Positions 42,075 to 57,217 of a DNA stretch of 63,589 nucleotides are shown here, piece by piece (the first letter of the stretch is position 1; each line of letters starts with the position of its first letter). The translations under genes were made by a program, and so were the position numbers. Origin of the DNA: Tubiluchus corallicola (Eukaryota > Animalia > Priapulida); NCBI GenBank assembly GCA_030141605.1, contig JAQGDQ010001092.1, positions 1 through 63,589 on the forward strand, written 5' to 3'. The notes beneath the pieces were generated by a model that worked only from the letters and a program-made list of their open reading frames with translations, made no database searches and had not been told where the DNA came from.

Positions 42075-44612
42075 GCAACATTACTTACAGGGTGGTTGAC
42101 TTTGATAACTTTTACTGCTTCGCCAATCAGTTTAATATCATACCTGAGATAAATTAATCATAATAATAATTTTGTTACATTGTATCATATTATCGTTTCA
42201 CACACTGTGTTTTTCTTTCTGTAGAAAGGTGATAAATAAACACATTTACACTTATACTAATACTTACACTTACACTTGTGCTTATGCTTATCTGTACTAA
42301 CATTTGTACGCTTGTGACCCCCCCACCCCCACCCCACCCCCGCCTCCCAAATAAATCTACGTGCCACGTTTCATTTTACTATTTGTTTGAGCGCAAGAAT
42401 ACATGCAAAGAAGTAATGTAGCACACGAAGAGCATAAGAGTATAGCAAAATTGTCCATAAGTAGGTAGTTAAACTTTTCTAGTTCACAAATCTTGAATTT
42501 CCATTTCATGAGGATCATTTAGGTACCAAGCTCATTGCTCTATGTTATTTCCAAGCTGAGATAATCCACGTTGAAGTTGAGGTGCAGGCTGCACACTGAA
42601 AAACAGAATCTTGAGAAAATCACTGTTAAAGTCAGCCATTGTTTTTTGTCGCGTTTCTACAAAACACTTAGCGACCGCACAAATGTTGGTTGCTACGGAC
42701 TTTGCAAGATCAAATTGTAGTTACGTTTACATCCAGTAGATGGCTCTTCCTGACAAAGACCTGGGCTTGCAGAAACCCGAAGCAAAATAACAGCTTCCGC
42801 GAGCTGCTTGGAGTTTGAAAGTAGGAGTTCTTTTGCAATTGCAGGGTAGGGGTTAAAAAATTAGATTTTTAGCATTCGTTTAGCGCTTTTTTGATAATTT
42901 GTAGCCAAAATATAAAAGTCCAATATATTTAGCATAAAAAACAAAAAATTGAAATTTGACCAACTTTTTGGTGCATTCTACTTTGAAGAATCATAGCGTA
43001 GTTTTAACTATGTCGACTTATGGACGGTTTTGCTTTGCAAGCAAGCAATTCTCTTGGAAGGAATCTTTATTCAATATGAGTAAATTATCGTTCTTAGGAG
43101 GGAAATTTAAACATAACTTTCAGTCTGTGTCATATCTGGAAAATGTACAAGCAGAAGTGCCGAAAAAACAAAATAATGAAAATACGAATAAAGTCATATA
43201 TATAAACATACATACGAATATTTACAAAAAAACGTGTACATGGAAATTAAGCAGACGTGATAAAATGAATAACAATAAAAATTGAATACTGTGATAAAAC
43301 AAATTAAAGATATCCCATGTGTGATCACGTTAAAACGTTCAGTACTCCTAACGTAATACTGTCAGTTATCTTCAAAATTAAGATGCACATTAAAATATTA
43401 TTTTATTTTATTATTTTGCTCATTGATTAACAGTTATGATTAAGTTTCGCTAATTTTTTTGAATCATATTTCTGAAAGTCATTTTTGAAGTTGTTGTTCA
43501 GTCACTTTGTTATGATTGAGCTTAGACGCAGGGAAGTATGGATAGGAACCAAAAATCAACAATAAATATTTGCACTGCACACAACAGAAAAGTGTTTATT
43601 AAACTACAGAAAACATGAGTAGCAAAACTGCTGCACTGAACATTGAGCAAAAACTAGAAAGCAAAAAACAGTCGGTAAAACCTGTTTCACAGCCAGTATA
43701 CAGGTATAGAACTTGACCTATGCAGAGTTGCACAGGCTTCACAACAACCATTAATTTTAGATAGGGAGAGGACCAGTGTATATGTAGTCACTGGACCATA
43801 CAATTATACTGAAGGTAAGTCAGCTGGTAGAATGTAACAAGATTAGCACATAGATGGCAGCACCTAACTACAATCTACAATACCAACTTCCACATCATTG
43901 TCTATTTAGTTCCATACTCATATTTCATTGCATATTTTGTTTACTCCATTTCCATTTCTCTATATTAGTTCTTTTGTTCGACAGTGGTTTCCGAATTATG
44001 CTTAACTGATATAAGTTGATTGAAACTATTGCATATTTTTTCGTTTCAGTATAATAGGCTTCATTTTATAATGCATACTTTGTTTCCTTTACTGATTTTT
44101 TTATTTATGCTTTATTTTCTTCTCTTGCTTTGACTTGATTTTCTAGTTTCTTTATGCACTAATCAGTTTTGTTAAATGCTTCACATATTTGGCTGGTCGT
44201 CATTCATATTTTTCATTTTATCATAATGCTTCCTTATTGCATAATCCTTTTAAAGTTAAATTTCTTAAGCTATAATTTTACATTAAAAGTTGATGTAGGA
44301 GTTTCGCCAAGTATCTAGTTGGTCACGTGACCACGGTCATACACCTGTGCAGATCTGTTTCTACCTGGGCAAGTGAGTTAGTTGGTAGACGTTAACAGGC
44401 TTCTTTAAAAGTAGTTTTTCACAGTATGATAGTGACATAATTTGTCTGATATATTGGTAAATACTAGATTTGCTTTATGGAGACATACGACGTAAGTAAA
44501 TACGTCATTTTATATTATTTTGAATAATCATGAACTGATCACTTTGAACATTTTAATTTAATGAATAACAATCTTATCAGTTTGATAGAACATCGTATAA
44601 ATTAGTAAATTA

Positions 44613-45916
<1,304 letters not shown>

Positions 45917-46239
45917 GTTCTGCTGAATAATATGTAGAAAAACTATAATGTTACTATAATTGTATTGCTGTTATTGTCTAAAAGATATTGACCAATCCAG
46001 ACAACGATTCAGAGAAGTAATTGAAGTGTTAAGATAAGAAATTCAACAAATTTTTAATGTTAGAAAAGTCTAAACTTAAACGATGAATTATATTTTAACT
46101 TCTTCAGAAAATAAACAATTAAAACAAACAAATAAGAGAAGTAATTTTTGAAATGGCTTATTTTTTGAGCCACCCATTATCTTTTCAGTTAAAAAGTTTT
46201 ACATGCTTTCCTAATTCATGAATAAAAAAGCACGGTCAC

Positions 46240-46578
46240 GTTTGTAAGGTTTGTGTGAGTCCCGTGAGTAAGGTTTGCGTGAGTCACGTGAGTAAGGTCA
46301 GCGCGAGTCACGTGAGTAAGGTCTGCATGAGTCACGTGAGTAAGGCCTGCGTGAGTCACGTGAGTAAGGTATGCGCGAGTCACGTGAGTAAGGTCTGCGT
46401 GAGTCACGTGAGTAAGGTATGCGTGAGTCGCGTGAGTAAAGTCTGCGTGAGTCACGTGAGTAAAGTCTGCGTGAGTCACATGAGTAAAGTCTGCGTGAGT
46501 CACGTGAGTAAGGTGTGCATGAGTCGCGTGAGTAAAGTCTGCGTGAGTCATGTGAGTAAAGTCTGCGTGAGTCACGTG
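46240..46578. repeat. 24-bp minisatellite (about 14 copies) with TGAGTCA and CACGTG motifs
   Basis: Unit gtgagtcacgtgagtaa(a/g)gtctgc. Confidence 0.95.
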
Positions 46579-47333
46579 CTATTGAAACAGATCGAACATG
46601 CAACTTGCGTGTAGTTACAGTTAAAATTACGAATTTGTGAAATTTAATTTTAAAATCAATGCCACTAAAATTAAGAAACTTTGAAATTGTGCAAAAGATT
46701 GTCTTAAAGTTATCGCTGAGTAATTCATAAAACTTAAAATAAAATTTCAACTTAAAAAAAGGAATCAACGAAGCATGAAAATCCAATTTCAAAGTGGCTC
46801 CTCATTTGAGATAAAGGATCGCTGTTTGAGGCCCTTTATTTGAGGTAAGGGCCCCTCTTTGAATCCCTTTATTTGAAATATGCAAATGGTGCTAAAATAT
46901 TTCACAAGAAAAAAAAATATTCGAGACGAGTGCAAGCAAATTAGAGAGTGCTTCTGAATGAAAGGGGTCCCATAATTACATTAGCCTGAGGTCCCAAAAG
47001 GTCATAATCTGGCCCTGATTACCCCTCATTAAACAATCTGCATGATTGGTGTTAATTTCTTTTCATCAAAAGTACAAATCTTTAGTACCAAATCACTCAA
47101 TATGAGTAAACACTTACTCAGCTTACTTTAAAATTACTCAATCTGTTTAAATTACTACAACGCGTTTGGTTAGTTATCAGCTGTTTTCAAAACTAAATTT
47201 TACCGAAAGAAAGAAAACACAAATAAGCTAGGATTCGAACCTCGGACTCTTGCATTACAACAGTGAGTGAGTTAACTCTTCAGTGCGTAGATTACTTCAC
47301 AGAAATATTTCTTTGCCACAGTAAAATTCTTAC

Positions 47334-47563
47334 CTCAGGTACTAGAATGTCAACGTGTTAAAGGATAGTGTCTTTGGCGCCGCCTGTTGACGGTCGTGTG
47401 CAACTTCAACTTCTTGGATGACTTTGATCCTTGGCTCGTAATTGTCCGATGTATAGGAGCCGATAGGTTCGGTCTTGGTTGCCTTGCAAAGAAATCTTTT
47501 GGAAATGATCTTGAGTTCGTTCTTGAAAATGTTAGAGTCCGGTTTAGCAGCAGAAGTTGCAAT
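47334..47563 (-). other. Non-coding first exon (5'UTR) of the repeat-protein gene
   Basis: Starts 31 nt downstream of TATAAA; 230 nt with no ATG; ends at the consensus donor GAG|GTAAGA (47333). Confidence 0.68.
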
Positions 47564-47626
47564 GTTCCAACATTTGCCCGGCGTCCGGTTTATAACTGGA
47601 GGGGGCGGATCTGACGCATGCGCAGT
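47560..47626 (-). promoter_or_regulatory. Pol II core promoter: TATAAA (47594-47589), Inr-like CATT (about 47563), GC box and NRF1-type CGCATGCGCA
   Basis: Canonical TATA-to-start spacing; GGGGCGG at about 47602-47608; tgacgcatgcgca at 47612-47624. Confidence 0.65.
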
Positions 47627-48027
47627 GAGGCAGCTGAATGGCTCTGCTGATTTTCATTCTCGCGGCACTTACCGTTTAATTGCATAAATTTAGTCTTATC
47701 TGGGAGGGAAGGATGAGGATGAATTTGGGAAGATTTGTTCGGAATCTTTGCAAATTTGTCGCGAATAAAAGGGGAAGGTGATCGTAGAGCAGGGGAGGGG
47801 AGGGGAGAGGGCGGGATGAAAAGGAACGAGAAAGCAAGGTAAAGATTCCAGGCAAAAGTGTCTCTCTACAAGTCAGTAAGTTGCTGATGTTTCATACCTT
47901 CCCCAAAATTGATTTATTATCAGACACTGATTAGTTGTTTGACTAACTGGTCAGCAGACAGGCTAGCTGACTGCCTGAATAATTGATTGATTCATTGATT
48001 GAGTGCTTGTTTGTTTGTTTAATTGGT

Positions 48028-48161
48028 TGACTGACTGACTGACTGACTGACTGACTGACTGACTGACTGAGTGCCTGACTGACTGACTGAATGACTCATT
48101 GACTGACTGACTGACTTCCTGCCTGCGTGCCTGACTGACTGACTGACTCACTGACTTCCCG

Positions 48162-48193
<32 letters not shown>

Positions 48194-48240
48194 ACCGACC
48201 GACCGACCGACTGACTGGCTTATTGACTGATTAACTGACC
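48028..48240. repeat. (GACT)/(GCCT)n microsatellite
   Basis: Direct reading. Confidence 0.93.
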
Positions 48241-49357
48241 AACCGTTCAACTGTCTAACTGACTAGCTGGCTAACGGATTTACTGAATATGTAATTAAAC
48301 AATTGACCAAACGCTAACTGACCGATTGGTCGAATGACCCATTAACTTCTTTAACTCCCCTTACTGCGCATTGTTTTAAGTTAAAAATTGTTTTCCTGCT
48401 AAAAACAATACTGTTTTCAATGTTATTGAGAAATGAGTATTAAGAAAAAGTAGATTGGTAAAATTTCCAACCGTTTATTATTGTCCCGTGGCAAAAACTG
48501 CCATAGGCATAGTCGCCAACTGTTATAAAGTCATCTTGAAGGACAAGAAAAGAGGTACCTGAAGTAGGTTTCAGAAAAATCTTCTTAAAAAGTCATACTA
48601 CTTTACACCAATTTCATGCTTATGCCGTACTCGCGTTAAAAGGATTTTTTTGTTTTCATTTCAAATCTCCCGCCATTACATGACGTCATATACGCACAAC
48701 GCAAATCGGGAGAAGAAAAGAAAATGTTAAAATATATCCCAAAAAACTTTCCGTGCAAAGTTATATTACTTAGCATTTCGCTTACCTGCTGGAAAGACTT
48801 AAGTAACTAGAAAATGAAATTATTAATTATTTAACATGTTTTCAGAATTTAATTAATGATATCGCTAATTGCCAGCTCATTTAAAAACGTTGAAACCAAA
48901 AGCGAGTGTTTTTTTGCCTTTTTGTTGGTCCTGGGTCTTCCCCCCCCCCCCCCTCGGAAAGTTTTCGCGCATTAATTATTACCCGTCTAATGACGTCATA
49001 GTTTATAAAGTCTCCGCTATCTCATTCCGGCAGCCTTCAAGGTTCAGGATTATCCCCGCCCTGGTATCAGTAAATCCGCACCGGCGCGCGGTCACTGATA
49101 AAGGATTTCCATTAAAGTTGGCAACGACTTCGATTGTGAGGTAACATTTAAAGTTTTCTAAGTAAACGAGCGTCCATATTGTCTGGCTTCATCTTAGCTG
49201 CCGATAAAATATGAGCTAATAAAGACGTTGGATTCTTGGCCAAGAGAGATAAGAATTCTTGAAAGAGAAAATTTCGTTTCTTTGTAGAATAAGACGTTCA
49301 AAGCAACGGTTAATCTGTAAAACATTAATTTCTTATATTATATCAATCACTGAACCA

Positions 49358-49881
49358 TATAACGGTAGAAGGCATGGCCCCATTGTGGTGTTAAAAATTA
49401 GAAATATTTCTTTGTATTCCATTTAGAGCATATCTATAACAAAAGCCAAACACTGATTAAGTCGTTAAATTGGCAAACTTAATTAAAATATTGTTACGAA
49501 GACGGGTTTTGACCAACCCATTAGTAATGGGTATAGTCGAGAAGCCCAGTAATGCAAATGTACCTGTATAAAACAGAATGCATGCCGTAATTTGACGATT
49601 CCAACCTGACCTTTCTGTCTGTAAGGGTGAATGCTGTAGGTTTGCTGATTTATATACAAAAGTCTGTTCACATGTCATGGAGCTACTGGTTGTGCATTAA
49701 AGTTTATTTTACATTCGTATTCTTTTTACTTTTCTCGTCTGCCGTGTAGTATTTTTTAACTTGTATGCCGCTCTATAAATCCTGAGACGGATCAGCGCTG
49801 GAATGGAACCCGGATCCGTTACACTGGTGTCAGAAGTGGGATCCGAAATTGCCGCCTGGAATGGAACCCGGATCCGTTACA
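49358..49881 (+). mobile_element. LTR retrotransposon relic: LTR ending at 49823, primer-binding site, and a second copy of the last 26 bp of the LTR
   Basis: ...ccgttaCA followed by TGGTGTCAGAAGTGGGAT (complementary to a tRNA-Leu 3' end, a common Gypsy PBS); probable start tataacgg at 49358 (inferred, 1 mismatch to TGTAACGG). Confidence 0.75.
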
Positions 49882-51539
49882 ATAAGTTACATAAGTTTTA
49901 ATAGCATTACAACTGATTAGGTCAATCAGAAAAATGCAAGATTTTACCACTAGATGTCTCTACGCTAGGTGTAACCGTAGCTGTAAGTTTCATCATGTAT
50001 GTTTGTGGGTACATGTTAGTTTGAAAATGATGGTCACTTTTATATATTTTTATTTTTGTTACGAAAAAACTAAAACAACAATACAATATAGCAAAATACA
50101 TTATGATAACATGGTATGCATTGTTATATTAATTGACATGGCATGATATTTATATAAATTGTTGCTTTCATTAAAGTCAGAAGCAGTACTTGTGTGACTA
50201 TAATGCAATTAATGGTGCTGATGTTGGGGTGCAAAAAAGGGAAGGTAAGAAATGATGGAATTAGTGGAGATTGCAGGAGATGGGAATTAGTAGGATTAGG
50301 TTACTGAAATGATGTGAATGAGAATGAATATGAGATTGCTATTAGGACATTACAAAAATATATCAACATTTATAAACAGAAGTACACTATGGGCCAGTCT
50401 GTCACTCACCGTGAATCTGAACATGCGTCATATAATATACAAGCTTAATCTTTAATATAAATTTAAGAATGAAGTTTTCAAACTTTTTTTAAATCTTGGT
50501 AACGACGAAATTGACTTAATATTTGCAGGTATTTTGTTCCACAAGGTATGATCAATAAGTTAAGCGCAATCTACTATCTTTCTTCCTACCATTTCCACTA
50601 ACACATCCTTCTACCCTTCCTGTGTGATCTAACCTTTCTCCCAGTTCTTTTTTTGTTCACTCATCCATTCTTTTTTATCGGGCTCACATGACAATGGGCT
50701 TATACAAGACTTTGCTTCTCTAGCCCACTGCAGTACAATTATTCTTTTATGATAACGATGGTGTATGAAACATAACAATTTAACACAGTATGAAGTAATA
50801 ATTTTGATGTCACTGTGTGCTTAATGTCATTATATTGTACTGAATGTGATAATAATAAACTAAAAAAATTGTCCGTTTTTACCGATTCTAAGCTAATACA
50901 GTAGTCGCCGTGTATTCGACTTATGGTAACGTATAAATAAATAATAAAAAAATAATAAATAATGAGATGAAATGTTTCGTAACATTAGGCCTACACCGGT
51001 CAACTTGATACTCGTTAATTAAATCTAGTATTGCAATGTTTTTGATTAGGATTAACAGGATTAAAGAAAAAAGATGGCGTAGATTTATGGTGAGTTTTAT
51101 GCATGAATATGCTTATATTATATTTAATTAAGTTGTCATTGGTCATTTGTTTGAAATCTTTGAGGTGCCAAATCAAAATAGGCGCGAATTTAGGTAAGCC
51201 ATGAAAAATGCGAATAAACGAACGTTGAAGAGCACGGGGAGAAACTAGGTTCGATTGACATCATCATCATCATACGCCCGTCACGTCTATTGTAGACATT
51301 CGGCAGGCAGAATTCTAAAATAAAAGAAATCTGCCTTCAGATAGGTAAACGCAGCAGTAATCCAGCAAAAAAACTAGACACTGCTACGCCAGTGGCTTGT
51401 CAGCACCACTTCCGATCATTGATAAGTCATTCTTGGCTATTTTGAAGCTAATCTTAATGTGCTTAATGTGCTAATCTTAATGTTAATATTAATGTGACGA
51501 GTCCTGTCATGATGCCTAAAAATTTTATTTATTTATAGT

Positions 51540-51900
51540 TTGTCCAATAGGGGGAACCATCGATCATTAAAAGGTGGGAATTTGGGGGAAGTGGTTTGTT
51601 TCTAGAGCGAAAATGACACATTTAGTTTTATCTGTATTAAGAGAAAGTTTTATTAGCTTTGAGCCAATTAGATAGGTTACCCAAGGCAGTATTCATATTA
51701 TTTACAGAAAAATTGTCAAAGTCTAAGAAGATGGTCGTCTGCAAATTGTTATTTTCATGTTGCGTTGGATGTTGTGGGTGTCGTTGATGTATACTAAAAA
51801 TAAGAGGGGTCCTAGGATTGACCCTTGTGGTACTCCACAAATTGCTATTGCCTGGTCAGAGAGGGAGTTATTGCACTTGAACAGTACTTGATCTTTGACT
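51540..51900 (-). mobile_element. Degenerate LINE RT fragment
   Basis: CGVPQGSILGPLLFLVYIND, followed by a frameshifted FADD-like region and NWLKANK. Confidence 0.85.
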
Positions 51901-52237
51901 CTGCCCATGTGCATTTTTCCTTAATTGTAACTTTTCCTCTTTCCTTTTCCCTGTTCTTCCTATTTCCCCTTTTGATTAAAATACTCAATAAAGCTTCTCA
52001 ACAAAAATAATATAAAATGATAAAAAATATTGTAATGTCTTGCTTAAAGGCGTAGGCTATGAGCAGGTTTTCTTGTTAAAATCAGAAAAAATTCATATGG
52101 GCTGTAATCTATGATGTACTACAGAATATGATGTACTTTTTGAAGCCCTCTTCTACTATCATCATTTTTGTCGTCGTCATTATCATCATTGATGTGATTA
52201 CCAGTAACTTTGTAATCACAATAAATATTGCAATAGT

Positions 52238-52408
52238 CATCATCATCATCATCATCATTATCATCACCATCATCATAACCACCACCATCATCATCATCAC
52301 CGTCATCATCGTCATCGTCCTCATCATCTCATCATCATCAACATCATCATCACCATCATCATCATTATTATCATTGGCACCATCATTATCATCATCATCA
52401 TCATCATT
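52238..52408. repeat. (CAT)n tract
   Basis: Direct reading. Confidence 0.93.
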
Positions 52409-52870
52409 AATGTTACAGTCGCACACTAAGAAAAAAGTCTGTTATCAACATGGCAACAGGCTCATTCTCAGCCTCTTCTAGCAGCATACAAAATAAATCA
52501 GGAATAAGTATTTTTTCCAGCCACAATTGCAGCAGTGAAAAAGAGCAATTCGATGCCACATTAGCGAGTAATAGACTCCGTGATTCTCTTTGCTTAGTTG
52601 AAGAGATATGGTCACCATTATCCGGCTAATAACGTCTCTATCGCCTGCAACTCCAAGATAAGGAATTTAATGACGTCATATTGCTCTGATGATTTCCCAA
52701 GCAAGCAAACAAAATATTTATTGTACAATCAAGTCAACGTCGTCTGCATAAAACAAATGATAGCTTTTAATTGCAACATTTCTGGAATGCTAAAATAGGA
52801 ATGGTGCGTAAATAATTAGTTTTATTAGTTCTACACAAAATGCAAGTATGTTTTCAATTACAAGTACAAC

Positions 52871-53543
52871 GTAGTGTAGTGTAGTGTAGTGTAGTGTAGT
52901 GTAGTGTAGTGTAGTGTAGTGTAGTGTAGTGTAGTGTAGTGTAGTGTAGTGTAGTGTAGTGTAGTGTAGTGTAGTGTAGTGTAGTGTAGTGTAGTGTAGT
53001 GTAGTGTAGTGTAGTGTAGTGTAGTGTAGTGTAGTGTAGTGTAGTGTAGTGTAGTGTAGTGTAGTGTAGTGTAGTGTAGTGTAGTGTAGTGTAGTGTAGT
53101 GTAGTGTAGTGTAATGTAGTGTAGTGTAGTGTAGTGTAGTGTAGTGTAGTGTAGTGTAGTGTAGTGTAGTGTAGTGTAGTGTAGTGTAGTGTAGTGTAGT
53201 GTAGTGTAGTGTAGTGTAGTGTAGTGTAGTGTAGTGTAGTGTAGTGTAGTGTAGTGTAGTGTAGTGTAGTGTAGTGTAGTGTAGTGTAGTGTAGTGTAGT
53301 GTAGTGTAGTGTAGTGTAGTGTAGTGTAGTGTAGTGTAGTGTAGTGTAGTGTAGTGTAATGTAATGTAATGTAATGTAGAGTAGTGTAGTGTAGTGTAGT
53401 GTAGTGTAGTGTAGTGTAGTGTAGTGTAGTGTAGTGTAGTGTAGTGTAGTGTAGTGTAGTGTAGTGTAGTGTAGTGTAGTGTAGTGTAGTGTAGTGTAGT
53501 GTAGTGTAGTGTAGTGTAGTGTAATGTAATGTAATGTAATGTA
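52871..53543. repeat. (GTAGT)n pentanucleotide microsatellite (about 134 units)
   Basis: Direct reading. Confidence 0.98.
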
Positions 53544-54582
53544 AATTAATCTAAAAAATAATTTAAAACCTTATTGAAAAGGATGAAGTCCATATAAAAA
53601 TGCAGTTACACTGACATTGAAATTATTTCAAGTTAAAGAAAAAATATCAAATTTTCACTTTGTAAAGAAAATGTCAACAGATGGCATAAAATATAAAAAA
53701 TATTTCGAGCAATGGCGCCAGAACCAAAACACGAAAACCAATTACAGTAAACCAAAACAAAGGAAAAAAATATTCAAATATTATCGATGATGATTTTTCG
53801 TTATAATCCAGTTCTTTATGTACTTTCATTCAATTTTTTGGATATGTGCCAAACAACGCGTTTTTGCAAGCATTGGGAAACAGACAATACAAAAAATCTA
53901 TCTATCAATACAAAAAATATTTTGCCAGCCATCTTGAAATTCAAAATGGCTGCCGTCGCTTATCGAAATTTTGTTCATATCTCTGCTTGTAAGTTGAATA
54001 GACGGTTTCGATTTGATATCAGAACATAAATAATGTGAAATGCAGAAACAGGCATTAATTACGAAGTAAGGTGTTAAGTTAAGTTAAGTTAAGCCAAGTT
54101 TATTCACATTTCTACAGCGTACTGTTCATTTGCGTGCTCTAGCAAGCTTTTCAGTAATTACAGCTTATCGAAAGCTATACAGTTCGATAATATTACGTTG
54201 TTTTTCAGAGATTTAGTTCATTTTCCAACAGGAATGTTCATAAAATCAACCCTACTACTCAATTCTGCTAGAACCCATCAAGACGACCAATTATTATCCA
54301 CTTTCTCCCAACCCAAGTGAGGCTTGGGGTTGATTTTAGGAATGCTTTTTCCATTGGATGACAGGGCTTGTGGTGAAAAACAGGATATGAACAGGGTCAG
54401 GCAAATTACGTCATCGTCTGTCAGGCAAATAATGAAGATGTTTTACGAATTTTACTTAGAGAAGCGAAACAATGTTACTACATAGTGCGTAGAACCAAAA
54501 TTGTTTTTGTAAGAAAATCCCATCTGTGCACGCATTCTGGCAGTCATGCGCTGAAGCCTATATTAAATGAATTTTATCTTTT

Positions 54583-55247
54583 CTCACCTCATCTCATCTC
54601 ATCTCATTTCACCTCACCTCATCTCATCTCATCTCACCTCATCTCATCTCATCTCATCTCACCTCATTTCACCTCACCTCACCTCACCTCATCTCAACTC
54701 ATCTAACGTCATCTCATCTCACCTCATCTCACCTCACCTCATTTCACCTCACCTCACCTCATCTCAACTCACCTAACGTCATCTCATCTCATCTCATCTC
54801 ACCTCATTTCACCTCACCTCACCTCACCTCATCTCAACTCATCTAACGTCATCTCATCTCACCTCATCTCATCTCATCTCACCTCATTTCACCTCACCTC
54901 ACCTCATCTCAACTCATCTAACGTCATCTCATCTCACCTCATCTCATCTCACCTCATTTCACCTCACCTCACCTCATCTCAACTGATCTAACGTCACTCA
55001 CCTCACCTCACCTCACCTCAACTCACCTTATCTGACCTTACCTTATCCTATCCTATTCTACCCTACCCTATCCTGTCTTCTCTTCCCTTCTCTTCTTTTA
55101 TCTTGTCTTGTCTTATTTTTGCTTATCTTGTCCTGTCCTCTCCTGTGCTGCGCTGTGTTGTGCTGTCCTGTTCTGTCCCGTCCCGTCCCGTGCCGTCCCG
55201 TCCCGTCCGGTCCCGTCCCGTCCTGTCCTGTCTTATCTTATCTTATA
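54583..55247. repeat. Compound pentanucleotide microsatellite (CTCAT/CTCAC, CCTAT, GTCCC)
   Basis: Direct reading; includes a longer-period ...aactcatctaacgtc... pattern. Confidence 0.95.
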
Positions 55248-55903
55248 ACAAATTGTCCTGGAAAATTTTGATGTGTATGTATACACTTAAATATTTTAAC
55301 TAGCTTCTGTTCTAATGTTTATATAACTATTTAAACTTTACACATGTGTGTTTAAACTTTGTTTGCAATACTGTGCACTCTTAAAGTAAATTTTAAAACG
55401 AAAAAAAATAAAAACGCAAAATTAATAACTAAATAATGAATTGAGAGTGAAAGACAACTTTGTCAGAATTTCAAGTGACAAACTGAATGAGAAGGAGATG
55501 TGATGTTTCAAAAACTTTCTGAAGTAAAAGAGTACCAAGAAAGTGTGTATTTTTTCTCAAGTAAGTTTTAAAAACTGAAACTACAAAGAAAATGTGTTAG
55601 TAACAACAAGTAACCTAGTCACTGACATTCGGGGTGAGAATTCTCTTCCAGAAAGCGAATACGAATCGAATCGAATTTGTGACTATCGAATAAGAATCGA
55701 ACCGAACTTTAATATTTCGAATTCGAATTGAGACTGAAAGATTTTCGAACAAGTTTTCGAACCGCCAGTAAAATTAGTCGTACAAAGATCGTGCATATTA
55801 CTCGATTTTGTTCTGCAGTAAAACTGCTAATAAACTGTTTAAAATTGTGCAGAAAAATTGCAGTTAAACTGTGCTAATTGCATGATGTTTCAAAAGTTTT
55901 AAT

Positions 55904-56238
55904 AATCATTATCATCATCATCTAATGAATCACACGTCCAGTGACATGATTCTGCTGACCTCCCTATGCCAGGACTCCCTGCTCGCCGCAATGCCCCAAG
56001 TGCATTTATTTCTAAGGATCAATGCTGAAGTGTTTAAATCTTTCTGTGCAAAATCTAAGTATGTTAACATTTGTTCTCCTGCAGGTTTTTTTAGCTGGTT
56101 CTATGGCTTGTTGAAGAGCTATCTTCACTGGAATATCATCAGGTAGTCTAAGCATATGCCCAATCCATCTTAAACGGTGTCTTTTTATTTTTCTTGTCCA
56201 AGGTTCTTCTTTTATTTTTTCATATAGATAATGATATT
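55904..56238 (-). mobile_element. 5'-truncated RTE-like LINE inserted in a TTCGAA-repeat-rich element (about 55630-56350)
   Basis: Minus-strand HRLRWIGHMLRLPDDIPVKIAL...SRESWHREV; (GAT)n tail; TSD aaaagttttaat at 55892-55903 and 56239-56250. Confidence 0.82.
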
Positions 56239-57217
56239 AAAAGTTTTAATGATAAAGAACGTATGTGGTTGAAGTGATGAATAATTCGAATCTATAGCTT
56301 TATAGGTTCGAATCGAATTCGAACTGAAAAAAAATCGATTCAAACGTACGATCCTCACTGTAACGTATGACTACTATGATGTTTTTAGTATTCTAACACA
56401 TCCTTCTACCCTTCCTGTGTGATCTAACCTTTCTCCTAGTTCTTTTTTTTGTTCACTCATCCATTCTTTTTTTATCTGGTTCACATGACAGCGGGCTTAT
56501 ACAAGCCTTTGCTTCTCTAGCCCACTGCAGTACAATTAATCTTTTATGATAACGATAGTGTATGAAACATAACAATTTATTACAGTATGAAGTAACAATT
56601 TTGATGTCACATTGTGCATTATATTGGACTGAATGTGATAACAATAATAAATAAAAATGAAAAATAAATAAAAATAATTCACGTTGATAAACCAGTATTC
56701 AAAGAGTAGAACGTATGCACTCCCACAATGCAACATGTTTCACGAAATTTCATTACGTCATACAAAGATCCCCTAAAGTTCGAAATAAGTTCTTTCTTAC
56801 TCGCCCACGCAGAAGCGCATTATTTCAATAGAGAAACGTGAGGCGTATCGAAAAATTAGTCCGGCTAAAACCATCTAAACGTCCATTATAACATTTAGTT
56901 TCAAACAGTTTTCTTTTTTGTCGTTACTAATGGAGTTCAAAATACATTTTAGCTTAAACGAATCTATTCACACTGGCCCAGCAACGCCTGTTTTTCACCC
57001 ACAATAAAGAAACCCCCCTGATACGAAAGGTCAGCCTCCATATAACGCCCATCAGTGCGGCCAATGTGCCGTAAAATGGGATAAAGCAGGATAATTGCCA
57101 GGACAATTACAGGCTTCATTGAGTTATTTAGTAAAAAGGCAAGGACCCACTATGATCCGATTTCCATTGAAATTGGTCATATATTATATGCAGTGGATTC
57201 TTTTGAAAAGGCTTTGA

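Noticed and set aside
47343-47660. Open minus-strand frame (…KCWNIATSAAKPDSNIFKNELK…TLTF*) in exon 1
   Set aside because: There is no ATG in frame, it starts upstream of the inferred TSS and it stops just before the donor; it is better explained as 5'UTR, although non-AUG translation cannot be excluded.
52871-53543. (GTAGT)n as an interstitial telomere
   Set aside because: It does not match TTAGGG or TTAGG, and it grades into (GTAAT)n like an ordinary pentanucleotide microsatellite.
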